From the NCBI RefSeq assembly GCF_000023965.1, contig NC_013202.1, forward strand, positions 1,560,001-1,592,000: DNA of 32,000 bases, given 5' to 3'. The stretch's first letter is position 1; each line of letters opens with the position of its first letter. The position numbers were made by a program, and so were the translations under genes. Under the pieces are notes generated by a model, which was not told the origin of the DNA, did no database searches, and worked only from the letters and a program-made list of their open reading frames with translations. Origin of the DNA: Halomicrobium mukohataei DSM 12286 (GTDB lineage Archaea > Halobacteriota > Halobacteria > Halobacteriales > Haloarculaceae). Positions 9,038 through 18,052 of the stretch are shown here, piece after piece.

Positions 9038-9913
9038 ATGTTGACCGTCCGGGCACCGGCAACGAGTGCCAATCTGGGGAGCGGGTTCGACGTGTTCGGC
9101 GTCGCGCTCGAGCGCCCGGCGGACGTGGTTCGCGTCTCGAAGGCCGAGCGGACGACCATCGAGGTGACGGGGGCCGGGAGCGAGTACATCCCGGAAGATC
9201 CGGAGAAAAACACCGTCGGCGCGGTCGCCAAAGCGCTCGACGCCCCGGCTCACATCGAGATCGACAAGGGCATCCGGCCCGCGTCGGGACTGGGTTCGTC
9301 GGCCGCCAGCGCCGCTGCCGCGGCCGTCGGCCTCAACGAGCTCTACGGCCGGGGCCACAGCCGCGAGGCGCTCGTGCCGATCGCCGCCAAGGGCGAAGCC
9401 GTCGTCTCCGGGGACGCCCACGACGACAACGTCGCCCCGTCGATCATGGGCGGGTTCACGATCGCGACCGACGACGGGGTCACGCAGGTCGACGCCGACA
9501 TCCCGCTGGTGGCCTGCCTCCCCGACATCGTCGTCTCGACGCGCGACGCGCGACGCGTCGTCCCCGAGCGGGCCGGCGTCGATCAGCTCGTCGAGACCGT
9601 CGGCAACGCCGCCAGGCTCACGACCGGGATGCATCGGGACGACCCCGATCTCGTGGGGGCCGGGATGTACGACTCGATCGTCACGCCGGCCCGAGCGAAG
9701 CTGATCGACGGCTACGCGGGCGTTCGGGAGGCCGCGCTGGAAGCGGGCGCGACCGGGGTCACCATCAGCGGTGCCGGCCCGACCGTCATCGCCGCCTGTC
9801 ACGAGGGCGACCAGCGCGCGATCGGCTCGGCGATGATCGAGCGCTTCGCCGAGGAGGACGTGGAGGCCCAGGTGTACCAGACCCGCATCGGCGCTGGTGC
9901 GACTGTGTTCTAG
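9038..9913 (+). CDS. thrB: homoserine kinase
   Basis: ATG at 9038 gives MLTVRAPATSANLGSGFDVFG (typical ThrB N-terminus). GHMP kinase motif PASGLGSSAASAAAA. 291 aa. The longest ORF starts at a TTG at 9011. Confidence 0.9.
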   Translation: MLTVRAPATSANLGSGFDVFGVALERPADVVRVSKAERTTIEVTGAGSEYIPEDPEKNTVGAVAKALDAPAHIEIDKGIRPASGLGSSAASAAAAAVGLNELYGRGHSREALVPIAAKGEAVVSGDAHDDNVAPSIMGGFTIATDDGVTQVDADIPLVACLPDIVVSTRDARRVVPERAGVDQLVETVGNAARLTTGMHRDDPDLVGAGMYDSIVTPARAKLIDGYAGVREAALEAGATGVTISGAGPTVIAACHEGDQRAIGSAMIERFAEEDVEAQVYQTRIGAGATVF

Positions 9914-9962
9914 GCGCTGTCTCCACCAGTTCGCTTTTGTGTCACGTGATCGACGTGCGAAT

Positions 9963-10289
9963 ATGGTCCCCGACGCGAGCGACGACAGTCACGACCAGTC
10001 AACCGACGACGGCCGACCACGGCGAAGCGACGGCGGCGTCGATCCGGGGTTCGATCCGGACACGCTGTACCGGGTCGTTCGGGCCGCGATCAAAGACGCG
10101 CTGCTGGACGTGATCGGCACGCTGCTGTTGCTCGGCGTCGCGCTGGTGATCGTCGCTATGGGCGGACAGTTGCTCCTCGCTGCGATGTCCGAGGTGGCGA
10201 TGGTGCTCGGTGCCCTGCTCGTCCTGTTCGGGCTCTACCTCGGGGCTGCGACGCTGGAGCTGATCCCGCCGCTTCGAGAGTGGCTGTGA
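9963..10289 (+). CDS. small membrane protein, function unknown
   Basis: ATG at 9963. An acidic N-terminus is followed by two hydrophobic helices. 108 aa. Confidence 0.5.
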   Translation: MVPDASDDSHDQSTDDGRPRRSDGGVDPGFDPDTLYRVVRAAIKDALLDVIGTLLLLGVALVIVAMGGQLLLAAMSEVAMVLGALLVLFGLYLGAATLELIPPLREWL

Positions 10290-10340
10290 CCCTCAGTATA
10301 GCGGGTGAGTTTATCTGGCCAGAGTGCGTCGTGTGTGCAC

Positions 10341-10649
10341 ATGGCACGCAGACAACCGGAGTTCGGGACGGACGGCACCAGGTCGCCGGCACCGGTCGCG
10401 GATCGGCTCGTGTGGCTCGGTACCGCGCTGTGCGTGTTCGGAGTGCCGCTCGTCGTCGGCGTCGCTCTCGCGATCGTCCTGTCGGCACCGTCGCTGGCGG
10501 CGGGTGTCGACAGCGCCCTCGCGGCCGTCGAGGGGCCACTCGGCGCGCCCGACGGCGTCGAGTGGCTGCTCCACGTGGGCGTCCTCGGCGTGCTCGTCGG
10601 CGCGTGGCTCGTCGGTGCGGGGCTCGTGATCGGGGAGCTGTTGCCCTGA
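10341..10649 (+). CDS. small membrane protein, function unknown
   Basis: ATG at 10341. 102 aa with two or three hydrophobic helices. Its stop TGA (10647-10649) directly abuts the stop of the convergent MscS gene. Confidence 0.45.
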   Translation: MARRQPEFGTDGTRSPAPVADRLVWLGTALCVFGVPLVVGVALAIVLSAPSLAAGVDSALAAVEGPLGAPDGVEWLLHVGVLGVLVGAWLVGAGLVIGELLP

Positions 10650-11939
10650 TCAGTCCGTCTCGCCGTCGGCTTCCGCCGACGGTTGTCCGTCGGCCAGCGG
10701 ACCGTCGCGCAGTCGGGCCGCGGTTCCGTCGCGTGCGGACAGTTCGCGCTGCGGGTACGGCACCGTGATCCCCTCGTCGTCGAACGCCTCCTTGACGCCG
10801 CTGACGACCCCCGAGACCGCCCGCCACTTGCGCGGTGGGCTCGGGTGCTCGATCCAGTAGCGCAGTTCCAGCACGATCGCGGAGTCGCCGAAGGCCTTCG
10901 GGATGACTTTCGGTGCCGGCGCGTCCTCGACGATCTCGACGGCTTCGATCGCGTCGAGGGCCACCGCCTCGGCGTGGTCGGGATCGGCGTCGTAGTCGAT
11001 CCCGACCTCCGTCCGCAGCCGCAGTCGGCCGTTGGAACTCCGGTTGGTCAGGGACTGATCGTTGACCTTGTCGTTGGGCAGGACGACCGTCTCGCCGTCG
11101 AAGTTCTGGAGTCGCGTGTTGAGGATCGTGATGTCGGTGACGATCCCCTCCTGGCCGCCGACTTCGACCCAGTCTCCGACGGTGAAGGGGCGCGAGAACA
11201 TGAGGACGAAGCCGGCGATTAGCGAACCCAGGGTCTGGCGGGCGGCCAGACCGACGACGATACCGAGGAATCCGGCCCCCACCAGCAGACCGCTGAGGTT
11301 GATTCCCCACAGCGTCATGATCGACGAACCGACGGTGACGAGCAGGACCACCTGGCCGACCCGCAGCATCACCTCTTCCTGGTGCTGGGTAACTCGATCT
11401 GCGCCCTGGCTGAACCGACTGATCACGTTCCTGAGCTGATCCGAGCCGACGTAGGCCAACACCAGTAACGCGGCCGTAATCGTCGCTTTGACCAGATGAG
11501 GGATCGCGTCGAGAATGAGGCGACCGGTGACGACGGCCACATCGACGAGTCCCCACACGACCAGCAGTGAGAGCGCACCGACGATCGTGACAGACACCTG
11601 CAACACCCGCAGCGCGATCCCCGAGATCGTCGTCGGAATGTACATGCCGACCAGCTCGACGCCGTCCGCGACGCGGCTGTCGAACAGCCGGGACGCGAGG
11701 ACGCGACGGATCTGGCGAACGAGCAGCGGGACGACGACGAAGACGGCGAGCAGTGCGGCGATCACGAGTACGGCGGTGACGGCGGCCCGCCCCTGTGTCG
11801 TCGCGAGTTCTTCGAGGAACTGTTGGCCCTCCCCGAAGACGGACGCGACGGTGTCCTGAAACACCGGCCAGTTCGACGCGGAGCCGTTGGTCGGAGCTGG
11901 TGTCTCCTCGCCGACCGGGGTCGGCGTCGTCGCCTGCAT
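10650..11939 (-). CDS. mechanosensitive ion channel (MscS family)
   Basis: 429 aa with N-terminal TM helices. The conserved MscS beta-domain signature is FSRPFTVGDWVEVGGQEGIVTDITILNTRLQNFDGETVVLPNDKV. Confidence 0.9.
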   Translation of the reverse strand: MQATTPTPVGEETPAPTNGSASNWPVFQDTVASVFGEGQQFLEELATTQGRAAVTAVLVIAALLAVFVVVPLLVRQIRRVLASRLFDSRVADGVELVGMYIPTTISGIALRVLQVSVTIVGALSLLVVWGLVDVAVVTGRLILDAIPHLVKATITAALLVLAYVGSDQLRNVISRFSQGADRVTQHQEEVMLRVGQVVLLVTVGSSIMTLWGINLSGLLVGAGFLGIVVGLAARQTLGSLIAGFVLMFSRPFTVGDWVEVGGQEGIVTDITILNTRLQNFDGETVVLPNDKVNDQSLTNRSSNGRLRLRTEVGIDYDADPDHAEAVALDAIEAVEIVEDAPAPKVIPKAFGDSAIVLELRYWIEHPSPPRKWRAVSGVVSGVKEAFDDEGITVPYPQRELSARDGTAARLRDGPLADGQPSAEADGETD

Positions 11940-11999
11940 GGTTCCTCGGGGGACCTACAGCGGCTTCAGGGTTGTCCTCCGGATCGACACTGTCGGGCG

Positions 12000-12497
12000 T
12001 CAGTCGAGCCGCCGCTCGACGAACCGATCGCGGATCTCGGGATCGGGCACCTGACACTCCTCGCTGCGTCCGAACACGCGATAGCGATACGCTGCCACCA
12101 CGTCGTACGCCCGGTCGAGAACGCCCGCGGGCAGTGCGATCGCCGGGTACAACAGCGGCCACGGGCCGTCGAGCCGTCGGGCCACGCGCAGTGCGGCCGT
12201 CGACTTCGTGGCGACCTCGCCGTCCTCGATCAGGACGACGGAGTCGAAGGTCTCGGTCGACAGGTCGTGGCGTTCGAGCAGGGCCTGGCCGATCTCGGAC
12301 TGGAGCGGTGCGAACTGGAACGTCCCGGCCGCGTCGAACCGCACGACGAACCGAACTGCGGCGTTACAGAGGTTACAGACGCCGTCGAACAGGAGGACTG
12401 GTCCGTCGATGGCATCGAGTCGAGCCGCCACGGCGCGCCCGTCGCTCCCGCCGTCGCGGTCGTCGGAGCCGTCGTCCGCGGGAGTGTCGGCGCTCAC
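12000..12497 (-). CDS. thiol-disulfide oxidoreductase, DCC family (DUF393)
   Basis: 165 aa with a GTG start at 12497. The DCC motif is LLFDGVCNLCN. Confidence 0.8.
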   Translation of the reverse strand: MSADTPADDGSDDRDGGSDGRAVAARLDAIDGPVLLFDGVCNLCNAAVRFVVRFDAAGTFQFAPLQSEIGQALLERHDLSTETFDSVVLIEDGEVATKSTAALRVARRLDGPWPLLYPAIALPAGVLDRAYDVVAAYRYRVFGRSEECQVPDPEIRDRFVERRLD

Positions 12498-12527
12498 GGG
12501 TCGTGGTTGCTCGCCGTGTTCGAACGC

Positions 12528-13433
12528 TCAGACGCCACGGCCCTGCATCTTCTCTTCTTCGGGCAGGTCGGCGTTGGCGTCGCCCTTCATGCCGCCGCCG
12601 ATGTCCGACGCGATCTCGGCGAGTCGCTCGGGGTCGTCCCAGTTGTTGACCGCCTCGACGATGGCGGTGCCCATCGCTTCGGGGTCCTCTGCGCCGAAGA
12701 TGCCCGAGCCGACGAAGATGCCGTCACAGCCGTGGTGCATCATCAGCGCGGCGTCGGCGGGAGTCGCGATGCCACCGGCGGCGAAGTTGACGACCGGGAG
12801 GCGTCCCATCTCGGCGGTCTCGTGGACGAGATCGGCCGGGGCCTCGTGCTCGCGGGCCCACTTCTCGCGTTCCTCGTAGCTCATCCCGTCAAGCTGTCGG
12901 ATCGCGCCCTTAATCGACCGCTGGTGGTGGACGGCCTGGTTCACGTCGCCGGTGCCGGCCTCGCCTTTGGTTCGAATCATCGCCGCGCCCTCGTCGATCC
13001 GGCGCAGCGCCTCGCCGAGGTTCCGCGCGCCACAGACGAACGGGGCGGTGAACTCGCGCTTGTCGATGTGATAGCGGTCGTCGGCCGGCGTGAGCACCTC
13101 GCTCTCGTCGACCATGTCCGCACCGGCGGCCTCGAGGATCTGGGCCTCCTTGGTGTGTCCGATCCGGGACTTGCCCATCACCGGGATCGACACCTCGTCG
13201 ATGATCGCCTGCAGCGAGGCGGGGTCGGCCATCCGGGAGACGCCACCGCGCTTGCGGATGTCCGCCGGCACGGCTTCGAGGTTCATCACGGCGACGGCAC
13301 CCACGTCCTCCGCGATGCGGGCCTGCTCGCGGTCGACGACGTCCATGATGACGCCGCCCTTCTGCATCTTCGCGAAGCCGCGCTTGACCAGTTCCGTCCC
13401 CCGCTTGAGCTCTTCGAGATCGGTATCGGACAT
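12528..13433 (-). CDS. pdxS: pyridoxal 5'-phosphate synthase lyase subunit PdxS
   Basis: Start moved to the ATG at 13433 ([32 protein letters not shown]). Conserved [12 protein letters not shown] and FVGSGIF are present. 301 aa. A TATA-like GTTAAGTG lies on the minus strand about 25 nt upstream. Confidence 0.95.
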   Translation of the reverse strand: MSDTDLEELKRGTELVKRGFAKMQKGGVIMDVVDREQARIAEDVGAVAVMNLEAVPADIRKRGGVSRMADPASLQAIIDEVSIPVMGKSRIGHTKEAQILEAAGADMVDESEVLTPADDRYHIDKREFTAPFVCGARNLGEALRRIDEGAAMIRTKGEAGTGDVNQAVHHQRSIKGAIRQLDGMSYEEREKWAREHEAPADLVHETAEMGRLPVVNFAAGGIATPADAALMMHHGCDGIFVGSGIFGAEDPEAMGTAIVEAVNNWDDPERLAEIASDIGGGMKGDANADLPEEEKMQGRGV

Positions 13434-13587
13434 TACGCTCCGCTTAGGGTCGGACTCACTTAACGCGTGTCCTTCTGTGTGGGACACAGTTTCACGGCGT
13501 GTGCCCGCTCGCGCTCGGGCCGGCGGCGAACCGACGCCGTCGATTCGGTACACAAAGGCTTTGGCCAACGCGGCCGGCGGATCAGGT

Positions 13588-13860
13588 ATGCACTGGCGGC
13601 TCTTCGCGACGCTGGCCGAGACGGCCGGCGAGGATCGGGTGTCGGTCGACGACGCCGAGACGGTCGGCGAGGCCCTCGACGCACTGCTGTCGGCCCACCC
13701 CGCACTCGAATCGGAAGTGCTGGACGACGACGGCTCGATGGTCGATCACATCCGGCTGCTCCACGACGGCGACGATCCGTTCGCGGCCGGCGACGGACTC
13801 GACACGCCCGTCTCACCGGGCGACGAGTTGGCGCTGTTCCCGCCGGTTAGCGGCGGATAG
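13588..13860 (+). CDS. MoaD/ThiS-family ubiquitin-like small archaeal modifier protein (SAMP)
   Basis: ATG at 13588, 90 aa, beta-grasp-like, ending FPPVSGG with the C-terminal diglycine. It is in frame inside the longer 13090-13860 ORF, which overlaps pdxS in antisense. Confidence 0.8.
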   Translation: MHWRLFATLAETAGEDRVSVDDAETVGEALDALLSAHPALESEVLDDDGSMVDHIRLLHDGDDPFAAGDGLDTPVSPGDELALFPPVSGG

Positions 13861-13864
13861 CGCG

Positions 13865-14755
13865 TCACTCTTCGCCCGTCAGATCCGCGGCCGTGACGAA
13901 GGTCGGCGAGTCGTCGGTGTCGGCCCGGACGAACGCCGCCTGCCCGACGTGGCGTGGCGTCTCCGGGAGCAGGATTCGGACGGCGTCGGCACCGATCGCC
14001 GCGGCGTCGTCGCGGATCGCAGTGACCAGCGCGTCGGCGGCGTCGGCGTCGTCCCACGCGGCGACGCCGTACTCGGCGATCCGTTCGTCAGCGCCGGCTG
14101 CCGTCCTGACCCGGCAGGCCATCCCGCAGGTGCCGTCGCGCCTGACCGCGAACACGCGCTGCTCGTCGGCCAGGTCGTGGAGGGCGTCGCGGGTCAGCTC
14201 CGAGAGGGCCCAGGAGTGTCCCGCATCGAGGGCCAGCCCCCGCAGTGCCGTCCGCGCGTCGCTGTCGGTCCAGTAGTCCCAGGCCGCCGCGGGATCGGGG
14301 TCGACGGTCTCGCTGGGGGTTCCCTCCCGTGGTGTCGGCTCGGCCCACCGGAAGCTCGTCACCGGCTCGAACCCCGCGGCGATCGACTGACCCAGTCCGG
14401 CGTCGTTCCACGAGAACACCATGTTCCGGGCGACGGTCGCGCCCCGGTCCCGTGCCCACTCGAAGAGCGCGTCGACCATCCGGAGTCCCAGGCCTGCTCG
14501 CCGGTGGTCGGGATCGACGCGCATCCCCTGGAGCCACGCCTCGTGGTCGGTGAGCACGAGCGCCTGACAGAGCCCGACTGCCCGGCCGTCGATGTCCGCG
14601 ACCACCGTGCGTTGGTCCGGCCCGTCGCCCGCGACCCAGTCGCGGAACACGTCCGGAATGTAATCGCGCTGCTCGCGGTCGTCCCAGGTGTCGGCGGTGA
14701 AGGCGGCGACGGCCTCGTCGTCGTCCTCGCGGGCCTGTCGAACGGTCCCGTTCAT
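13865..14755 (-). CDS. GNAT-family N-acetyltransferase (apparently two-domain)
   Basis: 296 aa. The acetyl-CoA binding region is QGMRVDPDHRRAGLGLRMVDALFEWA (R/Q-x-x-G-x-G/A pattern). About 140 further aa lie C-terminal to it. Confidence 0.75.
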   Translation of the reverse strand: MNGTVRQAREDDDEAVAAFTADTWDDREQRDYIPDVFRDWVAGDGPDQRTVVADIDGRAVGLCQALVLTDHEAWLQGMRVDPDHRRAGLGLRMVDALFEWARDRGATVARNMVFSWNDAGLGQSIAAGFEPVTSFRWAEPTPREGTPSETVDPDPAAAWDYWTDSDARTALRGLALDAGHSWALSELTRDALHDLADEQRVFAVRRDGTCGMACRVRTAAGADERIAEYGVAAWDDADAADALVTAIRDDAAAIGADAVRILLPETPRHVGQAAFVRADTDDSPTFVTAADLTGEE

Positions 14756-14785
14756 GCGTGACCCTACGTGCCGAGCGCCTTGAAA

Positions 14786-16057
14786 CTACGTCCAGGGGCG
14801 GGACTGGGACTGGATCTCGCCGGCCAGGGGCTCGCTCATCGTGTCGGCCACGTCGGACGTGTTCGCCAGCGCCCACATCAGCTTCACCTTCGCCGTTCCG
14901 GGGAGCATGTCCTCGCCTTCGACGACGCCGGCCGCCAGCAGATCACGGCCGGTGTCGTAGACCCGGTCACACACTCGCCCGTCGAGACACTGACTGGTCA
15001 TGACCACCGCGGTGCCGTCGTCGGTCAGGTCGTCGACGACCTCGATCCAGTCGGTGTCGACGTGGCCCAGCCCGGTGCCCTCGACGACGATGCCCGCGGC
15101 GTCGTCGAGCATCGCCAGCCGACTCGCGTCGGTGCCCGGCGTGAACTTCACCAGCTCCACGTCCGTCTCAAGTTCGTCGTGCAGTGCCAGTTCGATCTCG
15201 CCGCGCTGGGCGTGCTCCCGGCGGAACGTGACGCCATCGGTCGAGTCCGAATCGCTCTCGCTGACCGCCTCGTAGTCGACGGTGCCGAGGGGCTCGGCAC
15301 CGACGGTCTCGAAGGCGTCCCGACGGGAGGTGTGGTTCTTCCGGACGCGGGTCCCGCGGTGGAGCGCACAGCGGTCGTCGGACTCGCTTTCGTGCATACA
15401 GACCATGACCTCCGCGGCGTCGCTCTTTGCCGCCGCGACCGCAGACACCGCGTTCATGACGTTGTCCGAGGAGGGACGGTCGGCCGATCGCTGGCTGCCG
15501 GTGAAGACGATCGGCACCGGCGTATCGAGCATGAAGGCCACGGCGCTGGCCGTGAACTGCATCGTGTCGGTGCCGTGCATGACGACGACGCCGTCCGCAC
15601 CGGCCTCGATCTCCTCGTGGATCGCCCGTGCGAGGTCCTGCCAGACGGCCGGCGTCATGTTCTCCGAGAGGATGTTGGCGACGACGCGGCCGCGGTAGTT
15701 GGCCATCCCCGCGAGGTCTGGCACCGCTCGTAACACGTCTTCGGCGTCGAACTGTGCGGTCACCGCGCCGGTGCGGTAGTCGACGGTGGAGGCGATCGTG
15801 CCCCCGGTCGAGATCAGCGACACCGTCGGCAGCGACTCGTCGAACTCCACCGTCGAGGTGCCTTCCTCGTCCTGTGCGCTCTCGACGTCGTACACGTCGG
15901 TCTCGACGACCTCGACGGTCGCGTCTTCGCGATCGATGCCGACGTTGTATCCGCCGTCGAGCTTGACGACGAGGTGGTCGGGCGTGCTCGACGGCAGGAG
16001 GACGCCCTCGTAGGCCTGCGCTCCGCGTTCGACGTGGATCCGGTCGCCTGCGTTCAT
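14786..16057 (-). CDS. gatD: Glu-tRNA(Gln) amidotransferase subunit D
   Basis: Start moved to the ATG at 16057 (MNAGDRIHVERG...). Asparaginase-type motifs SLISTGGTIAS and HGTDTM are present. 423 aa. The longer ORF (to 16219) begins inside the 84-bp repeat. Confidence 0.9.
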   Translation of the reverse strand: MNAGDRIHVERGAQAYEGVLLPSSTPDHLVVKLDGGYNVGIDREDATVEVVETDVYDVESAQDEEGTSTVEFDESLPTVSLISTGGTIASTVDYRTGAVTAQFDAEDVLRAVPDLAGMANYRGRVVANILSENMTPAVWQDLARAIHEEIEAGADGVVVMHGTDTMQFTASAVAFMLDTPVPIVFTGSQRSADRPSSDNVMNAVSAVAAAKSDAAEVMVCMHESESDDRCALHRGTRVRKNHTSRRDAFETVGAEPLGTVDYEAVSESDSDSTDGVTFRREHAQRGEIELALHDELETDVELVKFTPGTDASRLAMLDDAAGIVVEGTGLGHVDTDWIEVVDDLTDDGTAVVMTSQCLDGRVCDRVYDTGRDLLAAGVVEGEDMLPGTAKVKLMWALANTSDVADTMSEPLAGEIQSQSRPWT

Positions 16058-16146
16058 GGCCGGTCGTTCCCGCCGCCGGGACGTAAACCCTCTCGTTTCA
16101 CCGCCGAGCGGGACCGCCAGCCGGGAGCGGGCCGCGCCGTCGTCGA

Positions 16147-16230
16147 TATAGTAGCCATTGAAAATCAATGCACACCAGATCGCACGACGGCAGTGCGATC
16201 GATGTGTAAATCGTTTCAATTGTTACTATA
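16147..16230 (+). repeat. 84-bp palindromic MITE-like repeat, copy 2
   Basis: TATAGTAGCCATTGAAAATCAATGCACACCAGATCGCACGACGGCAGTGCGATCGATGTGTAAATCGTTTCAATTGTTACTATA. It matches copy 3 at 79/84 positions. It lies in the divergent gatD / 16289 intergenic region. Confidence 0.92.
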
Positions 16231-16259
16231 GGGGCCAACGGTCGCCGCGAACCCCGAAG

Positions 16260-16265
16260 TTATAC
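16260..16265 (+). promoter_or_regulatory. TATA-box candidate
   Basis: TTATAC lies 24-29 nt upstream of the ATG at 16289. Confidence 0.35.
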
Positions 16266-16288
16266 GTCTCGCAGGCGACCGTCGGCGT

Positions 16289-16678
16289 ATGAGCCAGTCG
16301 ATCATCGACCCAGAGTTCGGCGACAACATCGTCACGACCGCCCGGACGGCGACCGGCGACAGCCTCCGGTCGGTGACCTACTTCACGCGGGCCAACTTCG
16401 AACAGCTCTATCTGCGCGAGGACCTCGAACAGGACGCCGACCTCAACGACTTCGTCGGCCACGAGTGGCAGGGGTACAAGCAGACCGAAAACGCCTACCA
16501 GGAGTCAGAGCTTGGCGAGTACCTGTTCACCGTCCGGGCCTTCGAGAACGGCTACCTCCTGCGGGTCACCGCGGAGCGCTCTGGCGTGTTGATCACGACC
16601 GACGGGCTGTCGATGAGCTCCTACGAGGAGATCGCCGAGGCCATCGGTCGGATGCTCGACGAGCAAAACGAGGAGTGA
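16289..16678 (+). CDS. acidic hypothetical protein upstream of nurA
   Basis: 129 aa, ATG at 16289, acidic haloarchaeal composition. No motif recognised. It is 75 nt upstream of nurA on the same strand. Confidence 0.6.
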   Translation: MSQSIIDPEFGDNIVTTARTATGDSLRSVTYFTRANFEQLYLREDLEQDADLNDFVGHEWQGYKQTENAYQESELGEYLFTVRAFENGYLLRVTAERSGVLITTDGLSMSSYEEIAEAIGRMLDEQNEE

Positions 16679-16722
16679 CACCACTTCGGGGCCGCTGGGG
16701 CGACCGTCGCCGGCCGTGACAA

Positions 16723-16730
16723 TTCTTATG
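16723..16730 (+). promoter_or_regulatory. TATA-box candidate for nurA
   Basis: TTCTTATG is centred about 28 nt upstream of the ATG at 16754. Confidence 0.3.
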
Positions 16731-16753
16731 ACTCGTCGGCGAAAGGCTCGGGT

Positions 16754-18004
16754 ATGACACTCGACCCGGTGCACGTCGACGGGATCGCGCGCCTCGCCGG
16801 GCAGATCGAGCAGGGGGTCGACGAACAGGACCACCGCGCGTTCGCCGAGACCGTCTGGCAGGAGTTTCTGGACCCGCTCGTGGTCGACGGCCGGGCGGTG
16901 CTGGAGCCGATCGACGAGCAGCGCCGCCGCAAGGTCGACATGCAGGACGCCGCGCTCCAGGCGACGCCGTTTCCCACCCAGCACGGGCTGGACTCGGGGA
17001 CGATCAACCCAACGACGTTCAAAAACGGCGTCGTACTGGACGTTGCCCAGGCCGCGATGAGCGCCGTCCCCTCCGACCTGGAGTTGCACCGCGGCCGGAC
17101 GATCGTCATGACCGCCCACTCGAACGACGCCACGGCCAGCCTGACCGAGGACTGGCGGATGGACGACCAGGGGTACGCCCGCCAGCGAGTCCTCCAGACG
17201 CCACGGGTCGACCGGTACGAACAGGACGTGGTCCACGCGCTCGCGCTGTACCTCGCCGAGAGCGAGCACGCCCTCCAGCAGGCCGACGTGGTCGAGGACC
17301 TGCTCGTCCTCGACGGTCCGATATACCCGACCGGGCTCCTCCAGTGGGCCGACCACGATCCCGAACTCGCCGAGTTGCTCGTCAAGGAGGACGTGCTCGC
17401 CGTCGTCGAGAACTACGTCACCCTCGTCGAGACGTTCCTCGATCGAGATGTCCCCCTGATCGGCTTCGTCAAGTCGACCGGCTCGAAGGCGCTGAGCCGC
17501 GCCGTCCGCAAGAACCAGGGGCAGGCTCCGTGGGCCAACGACGCCGCCTTCTTCGAGAAGCTTCTCGCGCGGCGCGACGACGACGGCGAACTCCTGACCG
17601 ACGCACTGACCTGCACGAACTGGTTCCGGTCGCGGATCGGCACCGACCGCCCGCTCTCGACGGACGGCGACGCGCTGGGGATCGACCGCGAACTCGATCC
17701 GGCCGCCTACGAGGTGACGTTCTTCGTCGTCTACGATCCCCGCGAGGACGTGCTGTACCGCGTCGAAGCCCCCTACGGCGTCACCCGCGACGCGGAGACG
17801 CGGGACGCGATCACCCGCCAGGTGCTCGCCGACGTGGCCGCCGAGCGCGGCCCGCCGCTGTCGGTCGCCAAGGCCGACGAACTCGCCCGGATCGGGCGCG
17901 ACGAGAAGGCGGCGCTCCGGGAGAAAATCGAGAGCCAGCTCGACAGCGACCGCCAGCGCGAGTACAACGACGTGCGCTGGGGGGCCGACTTCGAGGAGCT
18001 GTAG
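16754..18004 (+). CDS. nurA: NurA-domain 5'-3' nuclease (DNA double-strand-break end processing)
   Basis: 416 aa. It has NurA-like conserved acidic positions: HGLDSGTINP, LAESEHAL, LLVLDGPIYPTG, and then IGFVKSTGSK. Confidence 0.8.
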   Translation: MTLDPVHVDGIARLAGQIEQGVDEQDHRAFAETVWQEFLDPLVVDGRAVLEPIDEQRRRKVDMQDAALQATPFPTQHGLDSGTINPTTFKNGVVLDVAQAAMSAVPSDLELHRGRTIVMTAHSNDATASLTEDWRMDDQGYARQRVLQTPRVDRYEQDVVHALALYLAESEHALQQADVVEDLLVLDGPIYPTGLLQWADHDPELAELLVKEDVLAVVENYVTLVETFLDRDVPLIGFVKSTGSKALSRAVRKNQGQAPWANDAAFFEKLLARRDDDGELLTDALTCTNWFRSRIGTDRPLSTDGDALGIDRELDPAAYEVTFFVVYDPREDVLYRVEAPYGVTRDAETRDAITRQVLADVAAERGPPLSVAKADELARIGRDEKAALREKIESQLDSDRQREYNDVRWGADFEEL

Positions 18005-18052
18005 ACTCCCGTCTCGGCCGAGACACTGGCCCACGACACCCCAGAACGACGC

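Noticed and set aside
10156-12162. Very long Arg/Pro/Gly-rich ORFs lie antisense to or out of frame with real genes. Examples are 10156-12162 (668 aa), 17811-20156 (781 aa), 6718-8943 (741 aa), 1224-2315, 11823-13463, 24344-25696 and 8672-9802.
   Set aside because: These are typical shadow ORFs of high-GC DNA, where stop codons are rare. Their composition is dominated by R, P, G and A, unlike the acidic proteome. Each overlaps a gene that has clear family motifs on the other strand or in another frame.
18011-18024. A perfect 14-bp palindrome GTCTCGGCCGAGAC lies between the convergent nurA and peptidase genes.
   Set aside because: It is short and has no adjacent T-run on either strand. Such palindromes are common in GC-rich spacers. 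At most it is a weak bidirectional terminator hairpin.
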